Part shown: positions 16,801 through 32,800 of the stretch, piece by piece
How positions within the stretch are numbered: position 1 is the first letter of the stretch
Layout of the letters: every line of letters starts with the position of its first letter
Origin: Eledone cirrhosa
Lineage: Eukaryota
DNA: 64,000 nucleotides
Direction of reading: 5' to 3'
Assembly: GCA_964016885.1 (NCBI GenBank)
Contig: OZ024740.1
Coordinates: forward strand, 295,988,001 to 296,052,000
Position numbers and translations under genes: made by a program
Notes under the pieces: generated by a model
Databases searched by the model: none
Told to the model about the DNA's origin: nothing
What the model saw: only the letters and a program-made list of their open reading frames with translations

Positions 16801-18550
16801 TGTACCTCAGAATATATAATATAGACAGTGAGTGTACCTAAGAATATATTATATAGACAGTGACTGTACCTAAGAATATATTATATAGACAGTGAGTGTA
16901 CCTAAGAATATATTATATAGACAGTGACTGTACCTAACAATATATTATATAGATAGTGAGTGTACCTAACAATATATTATATAGACAGTGAGTGTACCTA
17001 AGAATATATTATATAGACAGTGACTGTAGCTAACAATATATTATATAGATAGTGAGTGTACCTAACAATATATTATATAGACAGTGAGTGTACCTAAGAA
17101 TATATTATATAGACAGTGAATGTATCTAACAATATATTATATAGACAGTGAGTGTACTGAGAATATATTATAGAGACAGTGAGTGTAATGAGAATATATT
17201 ATATAGACAATGAATGTACCTAACAATATATTATATAGACAGTGAGTGTACTGAGAGTATATTATATAGACAGTGAGTGTACTGAGAATATATTATATAG
17301 ACAGTGACTGTACCTAAGAATATATTACATAGACAGTGAGTGTACCTAAGAATATATTATATAGACAGTGAGTGTACCTAAGAATATATTATATAGACAG
17401 TGAGTGTACTGAGAATATATTATATAGACAGTGAGTGTACCTAAGAATATATTATATAGACAGTGAGTGTACCTAAGAATATATTATATAGACAGCGAGT
17501 GTACCTAAAATATATTATATAGACAGTGAGTGTACATAAGAATATATTATATAGACAGTGAGTGTACCTAAGAATATATTATATAGACAGTGAGTGTACC
17601 TAACAATATATTATATAGACAGTGAGTGTACCTAAGAATATATTATATAGACAGTGAGTGTACCTAAGAATATATTATATAGTCAGTGATTGTACCTAAG
17701 AATTTATTATATAGACAGTGAGTGTACCTAAGAATATATTATATAGACAGAGATTGTACCTAAGAATATATTATATAGATAGTGAGTGCACCTAAGAATA
17801 TATATTATATAGACAGTGAGTGTACCTAAGAATATATTATATAGATAGTGAGTGTACCTCAGAATATATAATATAGACAGTGAGTGTACCTAAGAATATA
17901 TTATATAGACAGTGACTGTACCTAAGAATATATTATATAGACAGTGAGTGTACCTAAGAATATATTATATAGACAGTGACTGTACCTAACAATATATTAT
18001 ATAGATAGTGAGTGTACCTAACAATATATTATATAGACAGTGAGTGTACCTAAGAATATATTATATCGACAGTGAATGTATCTAACAATATATTATATAG
18101 ACAGTGAGTGTACTGAGAGTATATTCTATAGACAGTGAGTGTACTGAGAATATATTATATAGACAGTGAGTGTACCTAAGAATATATTACATAGACAGTG
18201 AGTGTACCTAAGAATATATTATATAGACAGTGAGTGTACTGAGAATATATTATATAGACAGTAAGTGTACCTAAGAATATATTATATAGACAGTGTGTGT
18301 ACCTAAGAATATATTATATAGACAGTGAGTGTACCTAAGAATATATTATATAGACAGTGAGTGTACCTGAGAATATATTATATAGACAGTGAGTGTACCT
18401 ATGAATATATTATATAGACAGTGAGTGTACCTAAGAATATATTATATAGACAGTGAGCGTACCAAATAATATATTATATAGACAGTGAGTCTACCTAAGA
18501 ATATATTATATAGATAGTGAGTGTACCTAAGAATATATTATATAGACAGT
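12800..18550. repeat. 2,870-bp tandem duplication that itself contains a 1,052-bp tandem duplication
   Basis: +2870: gcgagtgtacctaaaa 12907/15777; atattctata 15251/18121. +1052: gactgtagc 13100/14152 and 15970/17022. Boundaries approximate. Confidence 0.82.
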
Positions 18551-21500
18551 GAGTGTATCTTAGAATATATTATATAGACAGTGAGTGTATCTAAGAATAT
18601 ATTATATAGACAGTGAGTGTACCTAAGAATATATTATATAGATAGTGAGTGTACCTAAGAATATATTATATAGATAGTGAGTGTACCTAAGAATATATTA
18701 TATAGACAGTGAGTGTATCTAAGAATATATTATATAGACAGTGAGTGTACCTAAGCATATATTATATAGACAGGAGTGTACCTGAGAATATATTATATAG
18801 ACAGTGAATGTATCTAAGATCTAAGTATATATTATATAGACAGTGAGTGTACCTAAGAATATATTATATAGACAGTGAGTGTACCTAAGAATATATTATA
18901 TAGACAGTGAGTGTACCTAAGAATATATTATATAGACAGCGAGTGTACCTAAAATATATTATATAGACAGTGAGTGTACATAAGAATATATTATATAGAC
19001 AGTGAGTGTACCTATGAATATATTATATAGACAGTGAGTGTACCTAACAATATATTATATAGACAGTGAGTGTACCTAAGAATATATTATATAGACAGTG
19101 AGTGTACCTAAGAATATATTATATAGACAGTGACTGTAGCTAACAATATATTATATAGATAGTGAGTGTACCTAACAATATATTATATAGACAGTGAGTG
19201 TACCTAAGAATATATTATATAGACAGTGAATGTATCTAACAATATATTATATAGACAGTGAGTGTACTGAGAATATATTATAGAGACAGTGAGTGTAATG
19301 AGAATATATTATATAGACAATGAATGTACCTAACAATATATTATATAGACAGTGAGTGTACTGAGAGTATATTATATAGACAGTGAGTGTACTGAGAATA
19401 TATTATATAGACAGTGACTGTACCTAAGAATATATTACATAGACAGTGAGTGTACCTAAGAATATATTATATAGACAGTGAGTGTACCTAAGAATATATT
19501 ATATAGACAGTGAGTGTACTGAGAATATATTATATAGACAGTGAGTGTACCTAAGAATATATTATATAGACAGTGAGTGTACCTAAGAATATATTATATA
19601 GACAGCGAGTGTACCTAAAATATATTATATAGACAGTGAGTGTACATAAGAATATATTATATAGACAGTGAGTGTACCTAAGAATATATTATATAGACAG
19701 TGAGTGTACCTAACAATATATTATATAGACAGTGAGTGTACCTAAGAATATATTATATAGACAGTGAGTGTACCTAAGAATATATTATATAGTCAGTGAT
19801 TGTACCTAAGAATTTATTATATAGACAGTGAGTGTACCTAAGAATATATTATATAGACAGTGAGTGTACCTAACAATATATTATATAGACAGTGAGTGTA
19901 CCTAAGAATATATTATATAGACAGTGAGTGTACCTAAGAATATATTATATAGACAGTGAGTGTACCTAAGAATATATTATATAGACAGTGAGTGTACCTA
20001 AGAATATATTATATAGACAGTGAGTGTACCTAAGAATATATTATATAGACAGTGAGTCTACCTAAGAATATATTATATAGACAGTGAGTGTACCTAAGAA
20101 TATATTATATAGACAGTGAGTGTACCTAAGAATATATTATATAGACAGTGAGTGTACCTAAGAATATATTATATAGACAGTGAGTGTATCTAACAATATA
20201 TTATATAGACAGTGAGTGTACTGAGAATATATTTTATAGACAGTGAGTGTAATGAGAATATTTCATATAGACAGTGAATGTACCTAACAATATATTATAT
20301 AGACAGTGAGTGTACTGAGAATATATTATATAGACAGTGAGTGTACTGAGAATATATTATATAGACAGTGAGTGTACCTAAGAATATATTATATAGACAG
20401 TGAGTGTACCTAAGAATATATTATATAGACAGTGAGTGTACCTAAGAATATATTATATAGACAGTGAGTGTACCTAAGAATATATTATATAGACAGTTAG
20501 TGTTCCTAAGAATATATTATATAGATAGTGAGTGTACCTAAGAATATTTTATATAGACAGTGAGTGTACCTAATAATATATTATATAGACAGTGAGTGTA
20601 CCTAACTATATATTATATAGACAGTGAATGTATCCAAGAATATATTATATAGACAGTGATTGTACCTAAGAATATATTATATAGACAGTGACTGGACCTA
20701 ATAATATATTATATAGACAGTGAATGTATCTAAGAATATATTATATAGACAGTGACTGTACCTAAGAATATATTATATAGACAGTGAGTGTATTGAGAAT
20801 ATATTATTTAGACAGTGAGTAGCTAAGAATATATTATATAGACAGTGAGTGTACCTAAGAATATATTATATAGACAGTGAGTGTACCTAAGAATATATTA
20901 TATAGACAGTGAGTGTACCTAAGAATATATTATATAGACAGTGAGTGTACCTAAGAATATATTATATAGATAGTGAGTGCACCTAAGAATATATTATAGA
21001 GACAGTGAGTGTACCTAAGAATATATTATATAGACAGTGAATGTACCTAAGAATATATTATATAGATAGTGAGTGTACCTCAGAATATATAATATAGACA
21101 GTGAGTGTACCTAAGAATATATTATATAGACAGTGACTGTACCTAAGAATATATTATATAGACAGTGAGTGTACCTAAGATTATATTATATAGACAGTGA
21201 CTGTACCTAAGAATATATTATATAGACAGTGAATGTACCTAAGAATATATTACATAGACAGTGAGTGTACCTAAGAATATATTATATAGACAGTGGATGT
21301 ATCTATCAATATATTATATAGACAGTGAATGTATCTAACAATATATTATATAGACAGTGAGTGTACTGAGAGTATATTATATAGACAGAGAGTGTACTGA
21401 GAATGTATTATATAGACAGTGAGTGTACCTAAGAATATATTACATAGACAGTGAGTGTACCAAAGAATATATTATATAGACAGTGAGTGTACCTAAGAAT

Positions 21501-24500
21501 ATATTATATAGACAGTGAGTGTACTGAGATTATATTATATAGACAGTGAGTGTACCTAAGAATATATTATATAGACAGTGTGTGTACCTAAGAATATATT
21601 ATATAGACAGTGAGTGTACCTAAGAATATATTATATAGACAGTGAGTGTACCTGAGAATATATTATATAGACAGTGAGTGTACCTAAGAATATATTATAT
21701 AGACAGTGAGTGTACCTAAGAATATATTATATAGACAGTGAGTGTACCAAATAATATATTATATAGACAGTGAGTCTACCTAAGAATATATTATATAGAT
21801 AGTGAGTGTACCTAAGAATATATTATATAGACAGTGAGTGTATCTAAGAATATATTATATAGACAGTGACTGTACCTAAGAATATATTATATAGACAGTG
21901 AGTGTACCTAAGAATATATTATATAGACAGTGACTGTACCTAACAATATATTATATAGATAGTGAGTGTACCTAAGAATATATTATATAGACAGTGAGTG
22001 TACCTAAGAATATATTATATAGACAGTGACTGTAGCTAACAATATATTATATAGATAGTGAGTGTACCTAACAATATATTATATAGACAGTGAGTGTACC
22101 TAAGAATATATTATATAGACAGTGAATGTATCTAACAATATATTATATAGACAGTGAGTGTACTGAGAATATATTATAGAGACAGTGAGTGTAATGAGAA
22201 TATATTATATAGACAATGAATGTACCTAACAATATATTATATAGACAGTGAGTGTACTGAGAGTATATTATATAGACAGTGAGTGTACTGAGAATATATT
22301 ATATAGACAGTGACTGTACCTAAGAATATATTACATAGACAGTGAGTGTACCTAAGAATATATTATATAGACAGTGAGTGTACCTAAGAATATATTATAT
22401 AGACAGTGAGTGTACTGAGAATATATTATATAGACAGTGAGTGTACCTAAGAATATATTATATAGACAGTGAGTGTACCTAAGAATATATTATATAGACA
22501 GCGAGTGTACCTAAAATATATTATATAGACAGTGAGTGTACATAAGAATATATTATATAGACAGTGAGTGTACCTAAGAATATATTATATAGACAGTGAG
22601 TGTACCTAACAATATATTATATAGACAGTGAGTGTACCTAAGAATATATTATATAGACAGTGAGTGTACCTAAGAATATATTATATAGTCAGTGATTGTA
22701 CCTAAGAATTTATTATATAGACAGTGAGTGTACCTAAGAATATATTATATAGACAGAGATTGTACCTAAGAATATATTATATAGATAGTGAGTGCACCTA
22801 AGAATATATATTATATAGACAGTGAGTGTACCTAAGAATATATTATATAGATAGTGAGTGTACCTCAGAATATATAATATAGACAGTGAGTGTACCTAAG
22901 AATATATTATATAGACAGTGACTGTACCTAAGAATATATTATATAGACAGTGAGTGTACCTAAGAATATATTATATAGACAGTGACTGTACCTAACAATA
23001 TATTATATAGATAGTGAGTGTACCTAACAATATATTATATAGACAGTGAGTGTACCTAAGAATATATTATATCGACAGTGAATGTATCTAACAATATATT
23101 ATATAGACAGTGAGTGTACTGAGAGTATATTCTATAGACAGTGAGTGTACTGAGAATATATTATATAGACAGTGAGTGTACCTAAGAATATATTACATAG
23201 ACAGTGAGTGTACCTAAGAATATATTATATAGACAGTGAGTGTACTGAGAATATATTATATAGACAGTAAGTGTACCTAAGAATATATTATATAGACAGT
23301 GTGTGTACCTAAGAATATATTATATAGACAGTGAGTGTACCTAAGAATATATTATATAGACAGTGAGTGTACCTGAGAATATATTATATAGACAGTGAGT
23401 GTACCTATGAATATATTATATAGACAGTGAGTGTACCTAAGAATATATTATATAGACAGTGAGCGTACCAAATAATATATTATATAGACAGTGAGTCTAC
23501 CTAAGAATATATTATATAGATAGTGAGTGTACCTAAGAATATATTATATAGACAGTGAGTGTATCTTAGAATATATTATATAGACAGTGAGTGTATCTAA
23601 GAATATATTATATAGACAGTGAGTGTACCTAAGAATATATTATATAGATAGTGAGTGTACCTAAGAATATATTATATAGATAGTGAGTGTACCTAAGAAT
23701 ATATTATATAGACAGTGAGTGTATCTAAGAATATATTATATAGACAGTGAGTGTACCTAAGCATATATTATATAGACAGGAGTGTACCTGAGAATATATT
23801 ATATAGACAGTGAATGTATCTAAGATCTAAGTATATATTATATAGACAGTGAGTGTACCTAAGAATATATTATATAGACAGTGAGTGTACCTAAGAATAT
23901 ATTATATAGACAGTGAGTGTACCTAAGAATATATTATATAGACAGCGAGTGTACCTAAAATATATTATATAGACAGTGAGTGTACATAAGAATATATTAT
24001 ATAGACAGTGAGTGTACCTATGAATATATTATATAGACAGTGAGTGTACCTAACAATATATTATATAGACAGTGAGTGTACCTAAGAATATATTATATAG
24101 ACAGTGAGTGTACCTAAGAATATATTATATAGACAGTGACTGTAGCTAACAATATATTATATAGATAGTGAGTGTACCTAACAATATATTATATAGACAG
24201 TGAGTGTACCTAAGAATATATTATATAGACAGTGAATGTATCTAACAATATATTATATAGACAGTGAGTGTACTGAGAATATATTATAGAGACAGTGAGT
24301 GTAATGAGAATATATTATATAGACAATGAATGTACCTAACAATATATTATATAGACAGTGAGTGTACTGAGAGTATATTATATAGACAGTGAGTGTACTG
24401 AGAATATATTATATAGACAGTGACTGTACCTAAGAATATATTACATAGACAGTGAGTGTACCTAAGAATATATTATATAGACAGTGAGTGTACCTAAGAA

Positions 24501-26875
24501 TATATTATATAGACAGTGAGTGTACTGAGAATATATTATATAGACAGTGAGTGTACCTAAGAATATATTATATAGACAGTGAGTGTACCTAAGAATATAT
24601 TATATAGACAGCGAGTGTACCTAAAATATATTATATAGACAGTGAGTGTACATAAGAATATATTATATAGACAGTGAGTGTACCTAAGAATATATTATAT
24701 AGACAGTGAGTGTACCTAACAATATATTATATAGACAGTGAGTGTACCTAAGAATATATTATATAGACAGTGAGTGTACCTAAGAATATATTATATAGTC
24801 AGTGATTGTACCTAAGAATTTATTATATAGACAGTGAGTGTACCTAAGAATATATTATATAGACAGTGAGTGTACCTAACAATATATTATATAGACAGTG
24901 AGTGTACCTAAGAATATATTATATAGACAGTGAGTGTACCTAAGAATATATTATATAGACAGTGAGTGTACCTAAGAATATATTATATAGACAGTGAGTG
25001 TACCTAAGAATATATTATATAGACAGTGAGTGTACCTAAGAATATATTATATAGACAGTGAGTCTACCTAAGAATATATTATATAGACAGTGAGTGTACC
25101 TAAGAATATATTATATAGACAGTGAGTGTACCTAAGAATATATTATATAGACAGTGAGTGTACCTAAGAATATATTATATAGACAGTGAGTGTATCTAAC
25201 AATATATTATATAGACAGTGAGTGTACTGAGAATATATTTTATAGACAGTGAGTGTAATGAGAATATTTCATATAGACAGTGAATGTACCTAACAATATA
25301 TTATATAGACAGTGAGTGTACTGAGAATATATTATATAGACAGTGAGTGTACTGAGAATATATTATATAGACAGTGAGTGTACCTAAGAATATATTATAT
25401 AGACAGTGAGTGTACCTAAGAATATATTATATAGACAGTGAGTGTACCTAAGAATATATTATATAGACAGTGAGTGTACCTAAGAATATATTATATAGAC
25501 AGTTAGTGTTCCTAAGAATATATTATATAGATAGTGAGTGTACCTAAGAATATTTTATATAGACAGTGAGTGTACCTAATAATATATTATATAGACAGTG
25601 AGTGTACCTAACTATATATTATATAGACAGTGAATGTATCCAAGAATATATTATATAGACAGTGATTGTACCTAAGAATATATTATATAGACAGTGACTG
25701 GACCTAATAATATATTATATAGACAGTGAATGTATCTAAGAATATATTATATAGACAGTGACTGTACCTAAGAATATATTATATAGACAGTGAGTGTATT
25801 GAGAATATATTATTTAGACAGTGAGTAGCTAAGAATATATTATATAGACAGTGAGTGTACCTAAGAATATATTATATAGACAGTGAGTGTACCTAAGAAT
25901 ATATTATATAGACAGTGAGTGTACCTAAGAATATATTATATAGACAGTGAGTGTACCTAAGAATATATTATATAGATAGTGAGTGCACCTAAGAATATAT
26001 TATAGAGACAGTGAGTGTACCTAAGAATATATTATATAGACAGTGAATGTACCTAAGAATATATTATATAGATAGTGAGTGTACCTCAGAATATATAATA
26101 TAGACAGTGAGTGTACCTAAGAATATATTATATAGACAGTGACTGTACCTAAGAATATATTATATAGACAGTGAGTGTACCTAAGATTATATTATATAGA
26201 CAGTGACTGTACCTAAGAATATATTATATAGACAGTGAATGTACCTAAGAATATATTACATAGACAGTGAGTGTACCTAAGAATATATTATATAGACAGT
26301 GGATGTATCTATCAATATATTATATAGACAGTGAATGTATCTAACAATATATTATATAGACAGTGAGTGTACTGAGAGTATATTATATAGACAGAGAGTG
26401 TACTGAGAATGTATTATATAGACAGTGAGTGTACCTAAGAATATATTACATAGACAGTGAGTGTACCAAAGAATATATTATATAGACAGTGAGTGTACCT
26501 AAGAATATATTATATAGACAGTGAGTGTACTGAGATTATATTATATAGACAGTGAGTGTACCTAAGAATATATTATATAGACAGTGTGTGTACCTAAGAA
26601 TATATTATATAGACAGTGAGTGTACCTAAGAATATATTATATAGACAGTGAGTGTACCTGAGAATATATTATATAGACAGTGAGTGTACCTAAGAATATA
26701 TTATATAGACAGTGAGTGTACCTAAGAATATATTATATAGACAGTGAGTGTACCAAATAATATATTATATAGACAGTGAGTCTACCTAAGAATATATTAT
26801 ATAGATAGTGAGTGTACCTAAGAATATATTATATAGACAGTGAGTGTATCTAAGAATATATTATATAGACAGTGA
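16840..26875. repeat. 5,006-bp direct tandem duplication inside the satellite (~16840-21869 / ~21846-26875)
   Basis: Markers at +5006: gactgtagc 17022/22028; atattctata 18121/23127; AGATCT 18817/23823; atctatcaat 21301/26307. Confidence 0.9.
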
Positions 26876-29800
26876 GTGTATCTAAGAATATATTATATAG
26901 ACAGTGAGTGTACCTAAGAATATATTATATAGATAGTGAGTGTACCTAAGAATATATTATATAGATAGTGAGTGTACCTAAGAATATATTATATAGACAG
27001 TGAGTGTATCTAAGAATATATTATATCGACAGTGAGTGTACCTAAGCATATATTATATAGACAGGAGTGTACCTGAGAATATATTATATAGACAGTGAGT
27101 GTATCTAAGATCTAAGTATATATTATATAGACAGTGAGTGTACCTAAGAATATATTATATAGACAGTGAGTGTACCTAAGAATATATTATATAGACAGTG
27201 AGTGTACCTAAGAATATATTATATAGACAGTGAGTGTACCTAAGAATATATTATATAGACAGTGAGTGTACCTAAGAATATATTATATAGACAGGAGTGT
27301 ACCTAAAATATATTATATAGACAGTGAGTGTACATAAGAATATATTATATAGACAGTGAGTGTACATAAGAATATATTATATAGACAGTGAGTGTACATA
27401 AGAATATATTATATAGACAGTGAGTGTCCCCGAGAATATATTATATAGACAGTGAGTGTACCTAAGAATATATTATATAGACAGTGAGTGTACCTAAGAA
27501 TATATTATATAGACAGTGAGTGTACCTAACAATATATTATATAGACAGTGAGTGTACCTAAGAATATATTATATAGACAGAGATTGTACCTAAGAATATA
27601 TTATATAGATAGTGAGTGCACCTAAGAATATATATTATATAGACAGTGAGTGTACCTAAGAATATATTATATAGACAGTGAATGTACCTAAGAATATATT
27701 ATATAGATAGTGAGTGTACCTCAGAATATATAATATAGACAGTGAGTGTACCTAAGAATATATTATATAGACAGTGACTGTACCTAAGAATATATTATAT
27801 AGACAGTGAGTGTACCTAAGAATATATTATATAGACAGTGACTGTACCTAACAATATATTATATAGATAGTGAGTGTACCTAACAATATATTATATAGAC
27901 AGTGAGTGTACCTAAGAATATATTATATCGACAGTGAATGTATCTAACAATATATTATATAGACAGTGAGTGTACTGAGAGTATATTATATAGACAGTGA
28001 GTGTACTGAGAATATATTATATAGACAGTGAGTGTACCTAAGAATATATTACATAGACAGTGAGTGTACCTAAGAATATATTATATAGACAGTGAGTGTA
28101 CTGAGAATATATTATATAGACAGTAAGTGTACCTAAGAATATATTATATAGACAGTGTGTGTACCTAAGAATATATTATATAGACAGTGAGTGTACCTAA
28201 GAATATATTATATAGACAGTGAGTGTACCTGAGAATATATTATATAGACAGTGAGTGTACCTATGAATATATTATATAGACAGTGAGTGTACCTAAGAAT
28301 ATATTATATAGACAGTGAGCGTACCAAATAATATATTATATAGACAGTGAGTCTACCTAAGAATATATTATATAGATAGTGAGTGTACCTAAGAATATAT
28401 TATATAGACAGTGAGTGTATCTTAGAATATATTATATAGACAGTGAGTGTATCTAAGAATATATTATATAGACAGTGAGTGTACCTAAGAATATATTATA
28501 TAGATAGTGAGTGTACCTAAGAATATATTATATAGATAGTGAGTGTACCTAAGAATATATTATATAGACAGTGAGTGTATCTAAGAATATATTATATAGA
28601 CAGTGAGTGTACCTAAGCATATATTATATAGACAGGAGTGTACCTGAGAATATATTATATAGACAGTGAATGTATCTAAGATCTAAGTATATATTATATA
28701 GACAGTGAGTGTACCTAAGAATATATTATATAGACAGTGAGTGTACCTAAGAATATATTATATAGACAGTGAGTGTACCTAAGAATATATTATATAGACA
28801 GCGAGTGTACCTAAAATATATTATATAGACAGTGAGTGTACATAAGAATATATTATATAGACAGTGAGTGTACCTATGAATATATTATATAGACAGTGAG
28901 TGTACCTAACAATATATTATATAGACAGTGAGTGTACCTAAGAATATATTATATAGACAGTGAGTGTACCTAAGAATATATTATATAGACAGTGACTGTA
29001 GCTAACAATATATTATATAGATAGTGAGTGTACCTAACAATATATTATATAGACAGTGAGTGTACCTAAGAATATATTATATAGACAGTGAATGTATCTA
29101 ACAATATATTATATAGACAGTGAGTGTACTGAGAATATATTATAGAGACAGTGAGTGTAATGAGAATGTATTATATAGACAATGAATGTACCTAACAATA
29201 TATTATATAGACAGTGAGTGTACTGAGAGTATATTATATAGACAGTGAGTGTACTGAGAATATATTATATAGACAGTGACTGTACCTAAGAATATATTAC
29301 ATAGACAGTGAGTGTACCTAAGAATATATTATATAGACAGTGAGTGTACCTAAGAATATATTATATAGACAGTGAGTGTACTGAGAATATATTATATAGA
29401 CAGTGAGTGTACCTAAGAATATATTATATAGACAGTGAGTGTACCTAAGAATATATTATATAGACAGCGAGTGTACCTAAAATATATTATATAGACAGTG
29501 AGTGTACATAAGAATATATTATATAGACAGTGAGTGTACCTATGAATATATTATATAGACAGTGAGTGTACCTAACAATATATTATATAGACAGTGAGTG
29601 TACCTAAGAATATATTATATAGACAGTGAGTGTACCTAAGAATATATTATATAGTCAGTGATTGTACCTAAGAATTTATTATATAGACAGTGAGTGTACC
29701 TAAGAATATATTATATAGACAGTGAGTGTACCTAACAATATATTATATAGACAGTGAGTGTACCTAAGAATATATTATATAGACAGTGAGTGTACCTAAG

Positions 29801-32800
29801 AATATATTATATAGACAGTGAGTGTACCTAAGAATATATTATATAGACAGTGAGTGTACCTAAGAATATATTATATAGACAGTGAGTGTACCTAAGAATA
29901 TATTATATAGACAGTGAGTCTACCTAAGAATATATTATATAGACAGTGAGTGTACCTAGAATATATTATATAGACAGTGAGTGTACCTAAGAATATATTA
30001 TATAGACAGTGAGTGTACCTAAGAATATATTATATAGACAGTGAGTGTATCTAACAATATATTATATAGACAGTGAGTGTACTGAGAATATATTTTATAG
30101 ACAGTGAGTGTAATGAGAATATTTCATATAGACAGTGAATGTACCTAACAATATATTATATAGACAGTGAGTGTACTGAGAATATATTATATAGACAGTG
30201 AGTGTACTGAGAATATATTATATAGACAGTGAGTGTACCTAAGAATATATTATATAGACAGTGAGTGTACCTAAGAATATATTATATAGACAGTGAGTGT
30301 ACCTAAGAATATAGTATATAGACAGTGAGTGTACCAAAGAATATATTATATAGACAGTTAGTGTTCCTAAGAATATATTATATAGATAGTGAGTGTACCT
30401 AAGAATATTTTATATAGACAGTGAGTGTACCTAATAATATATTATATAGACAGTGAGTGTACCTAACTATATATTATATAGACAGTGAATGTATCCAAGA
30501 ATATATTATATAGACAGTGATTGTACCTAAGAATATATTATATAGACAGTGACTGGACCTAATAATATATTATATAGACAGTGAATGTATCTAAGAATAT
30601 ATTATATAGACAGTGACTGTACCTAAGAATATATTATATAGACAGTGAGTGTATTGAGAATATATTATTTAGACAGTGAGTAGCTAAGAATATATTATAT
30701 AGACAGTGAGTGTACCTAAGAATATATTATATAGACAGTGAGTGTACCTAAGAATATATTATATAGACAGTGAGTGTACCTGAGAATATATTATATAGAC
30801 AGTGAGTGTATCTAAGAATATATTATATAGACAGTGAGTTTACTGAGAATATATTATATAGACAGCCAGTGTACCTAAGAATATATTATATAGACAGTGA
30901 GTGTCCCCGAGAATATATTATATAGACAATGAGTGTACCTAAGAATATATTATATAGACAGTGAGTGTACCTAAGAATATATTATATAGACAGTGAGTGT
31001 ACCTAACAATATATTATATAGACAGTGAGTGTACCTAAGAATATATTATATAGACAGTGAGTGTACCTAAGAATATATTATAGAGACAGTGAGTGTACCT
31101 AAGAATATATTATATAGACAGTGAGTGTACCTAAGAATATATTATATAGATAGTGAGTGCACCTAAGAATATATTATAGAGACAGTGAGTGTACCTAAGA
31201 ATATATTATATAGACAGTGAGTGTACTGAGAATATATTATATAGACAGTAAGTGTACCTAAGAATATATTATATAGACAGTGTGTGTACCTAAGAATATA
31301 TTATATAGACAGTGAGTGTACCTAAGAATATATTATATAGACAGTGAGTGTACCTGAGAATATATTATATAGACAGTGAGTGTACCTATGAATATATTAT
31401 ATAGACAGTGAGTGTACCTAAGAATATATTATATAGACAGTGAGCGTACCAAATAATATATTATATAGACAGTGAGTCTACCTAAGAATATATTATATAG
31501 ATAGTGAGTGTACCTAAGAATATATTATATAGACAGTGAGTGTATCTTAGAATATATTATATAGACAGTGAGTGTATCTAAGAATATATTATATAGACAG
31601 TGAGTGTACCTAAGAATATATTATATAGATAGTGAGTGTACCTAAGAATATATTATATAGATAGTGAGTGTACCTAAGAATATATTATATAGACAGTGAG
31701 TGTATCTAAGAATATATTATATAGACAGTGAGTGTACCTAAGCATATATTATATAGACAGGAGTGTACCTGAGAATATATTATATAGACAGTGAATGTAT
31801 CTAAGATCTAAGTATATATTATATAGACAGTGAGTGTACCTAAGAATATATTATATAGACAGTGAGTGTACCTAAGAATATATTATATAGACAGTGAGTG
31901 TACCTAAGAATATATTATATAGACAGCGAGTGTACCTAAAATATATTATATAGACAGTGAGTGTACCTGAGAATATATTACATAGACAGTGATTGTACCT
32001 AAGAATATATTATATAGACAGTGAGTGTACCTAAGAATATATTATATAGACAGTGAGTGTACCTAAGAATATATTATATAGACAGTGAGTGTACCTAAGA
32101 GTATATTATATAGATAGTGAGTGTACCTAAGAATATATTATATAGACAGTGAGTGTACCTAAGAATATATTATATAGACAGTGGATGTACCTAAGAATAT
32201 ATTATATAGATAGTGAGTGTACCTCAGAGTATATTATATAGACAGTGAGTGTACCTAAGAATATATTATATAGACAGTGAGTGTACCTAAGATTATATTA
32301 TATAGACAGTGACTGTACCTAAGAATATATTATATAGACAGTGAGTGTACCTAAGAATATATTACATAGACAGTGACTGTACCTAACAATATATTATATA
32401 GATAGTGAATGTACCTAAGAATATATTATATAGACAGTGAGTGTACCTAAGAATATATTATATAGACAGTGAATGTATCTAACAATATATTATATAGACA
32501 GTGAGTGTACTGAGAATATATTATATAGACAGTGAGTGTAATGAGAATATTTCATATAGACAGTGAATGTACCTAACAATATATTATATAGACAGTGAGT
32601 GTACTGAGAGTATATTATATAGACAGTGAGTGTACTGAGAATATATTATATAGACAGTGAGTGTACCTAAGAATATATTATATAGACAGTGAGTGTACCT
32701 AAGAATATATTATATAGACAGTGAGTGTACGTAAGAATATATTATATAGACAGTGAGTGTACCTAAGAATATATTATATAGACAGTTAGTGTTCCTAAGA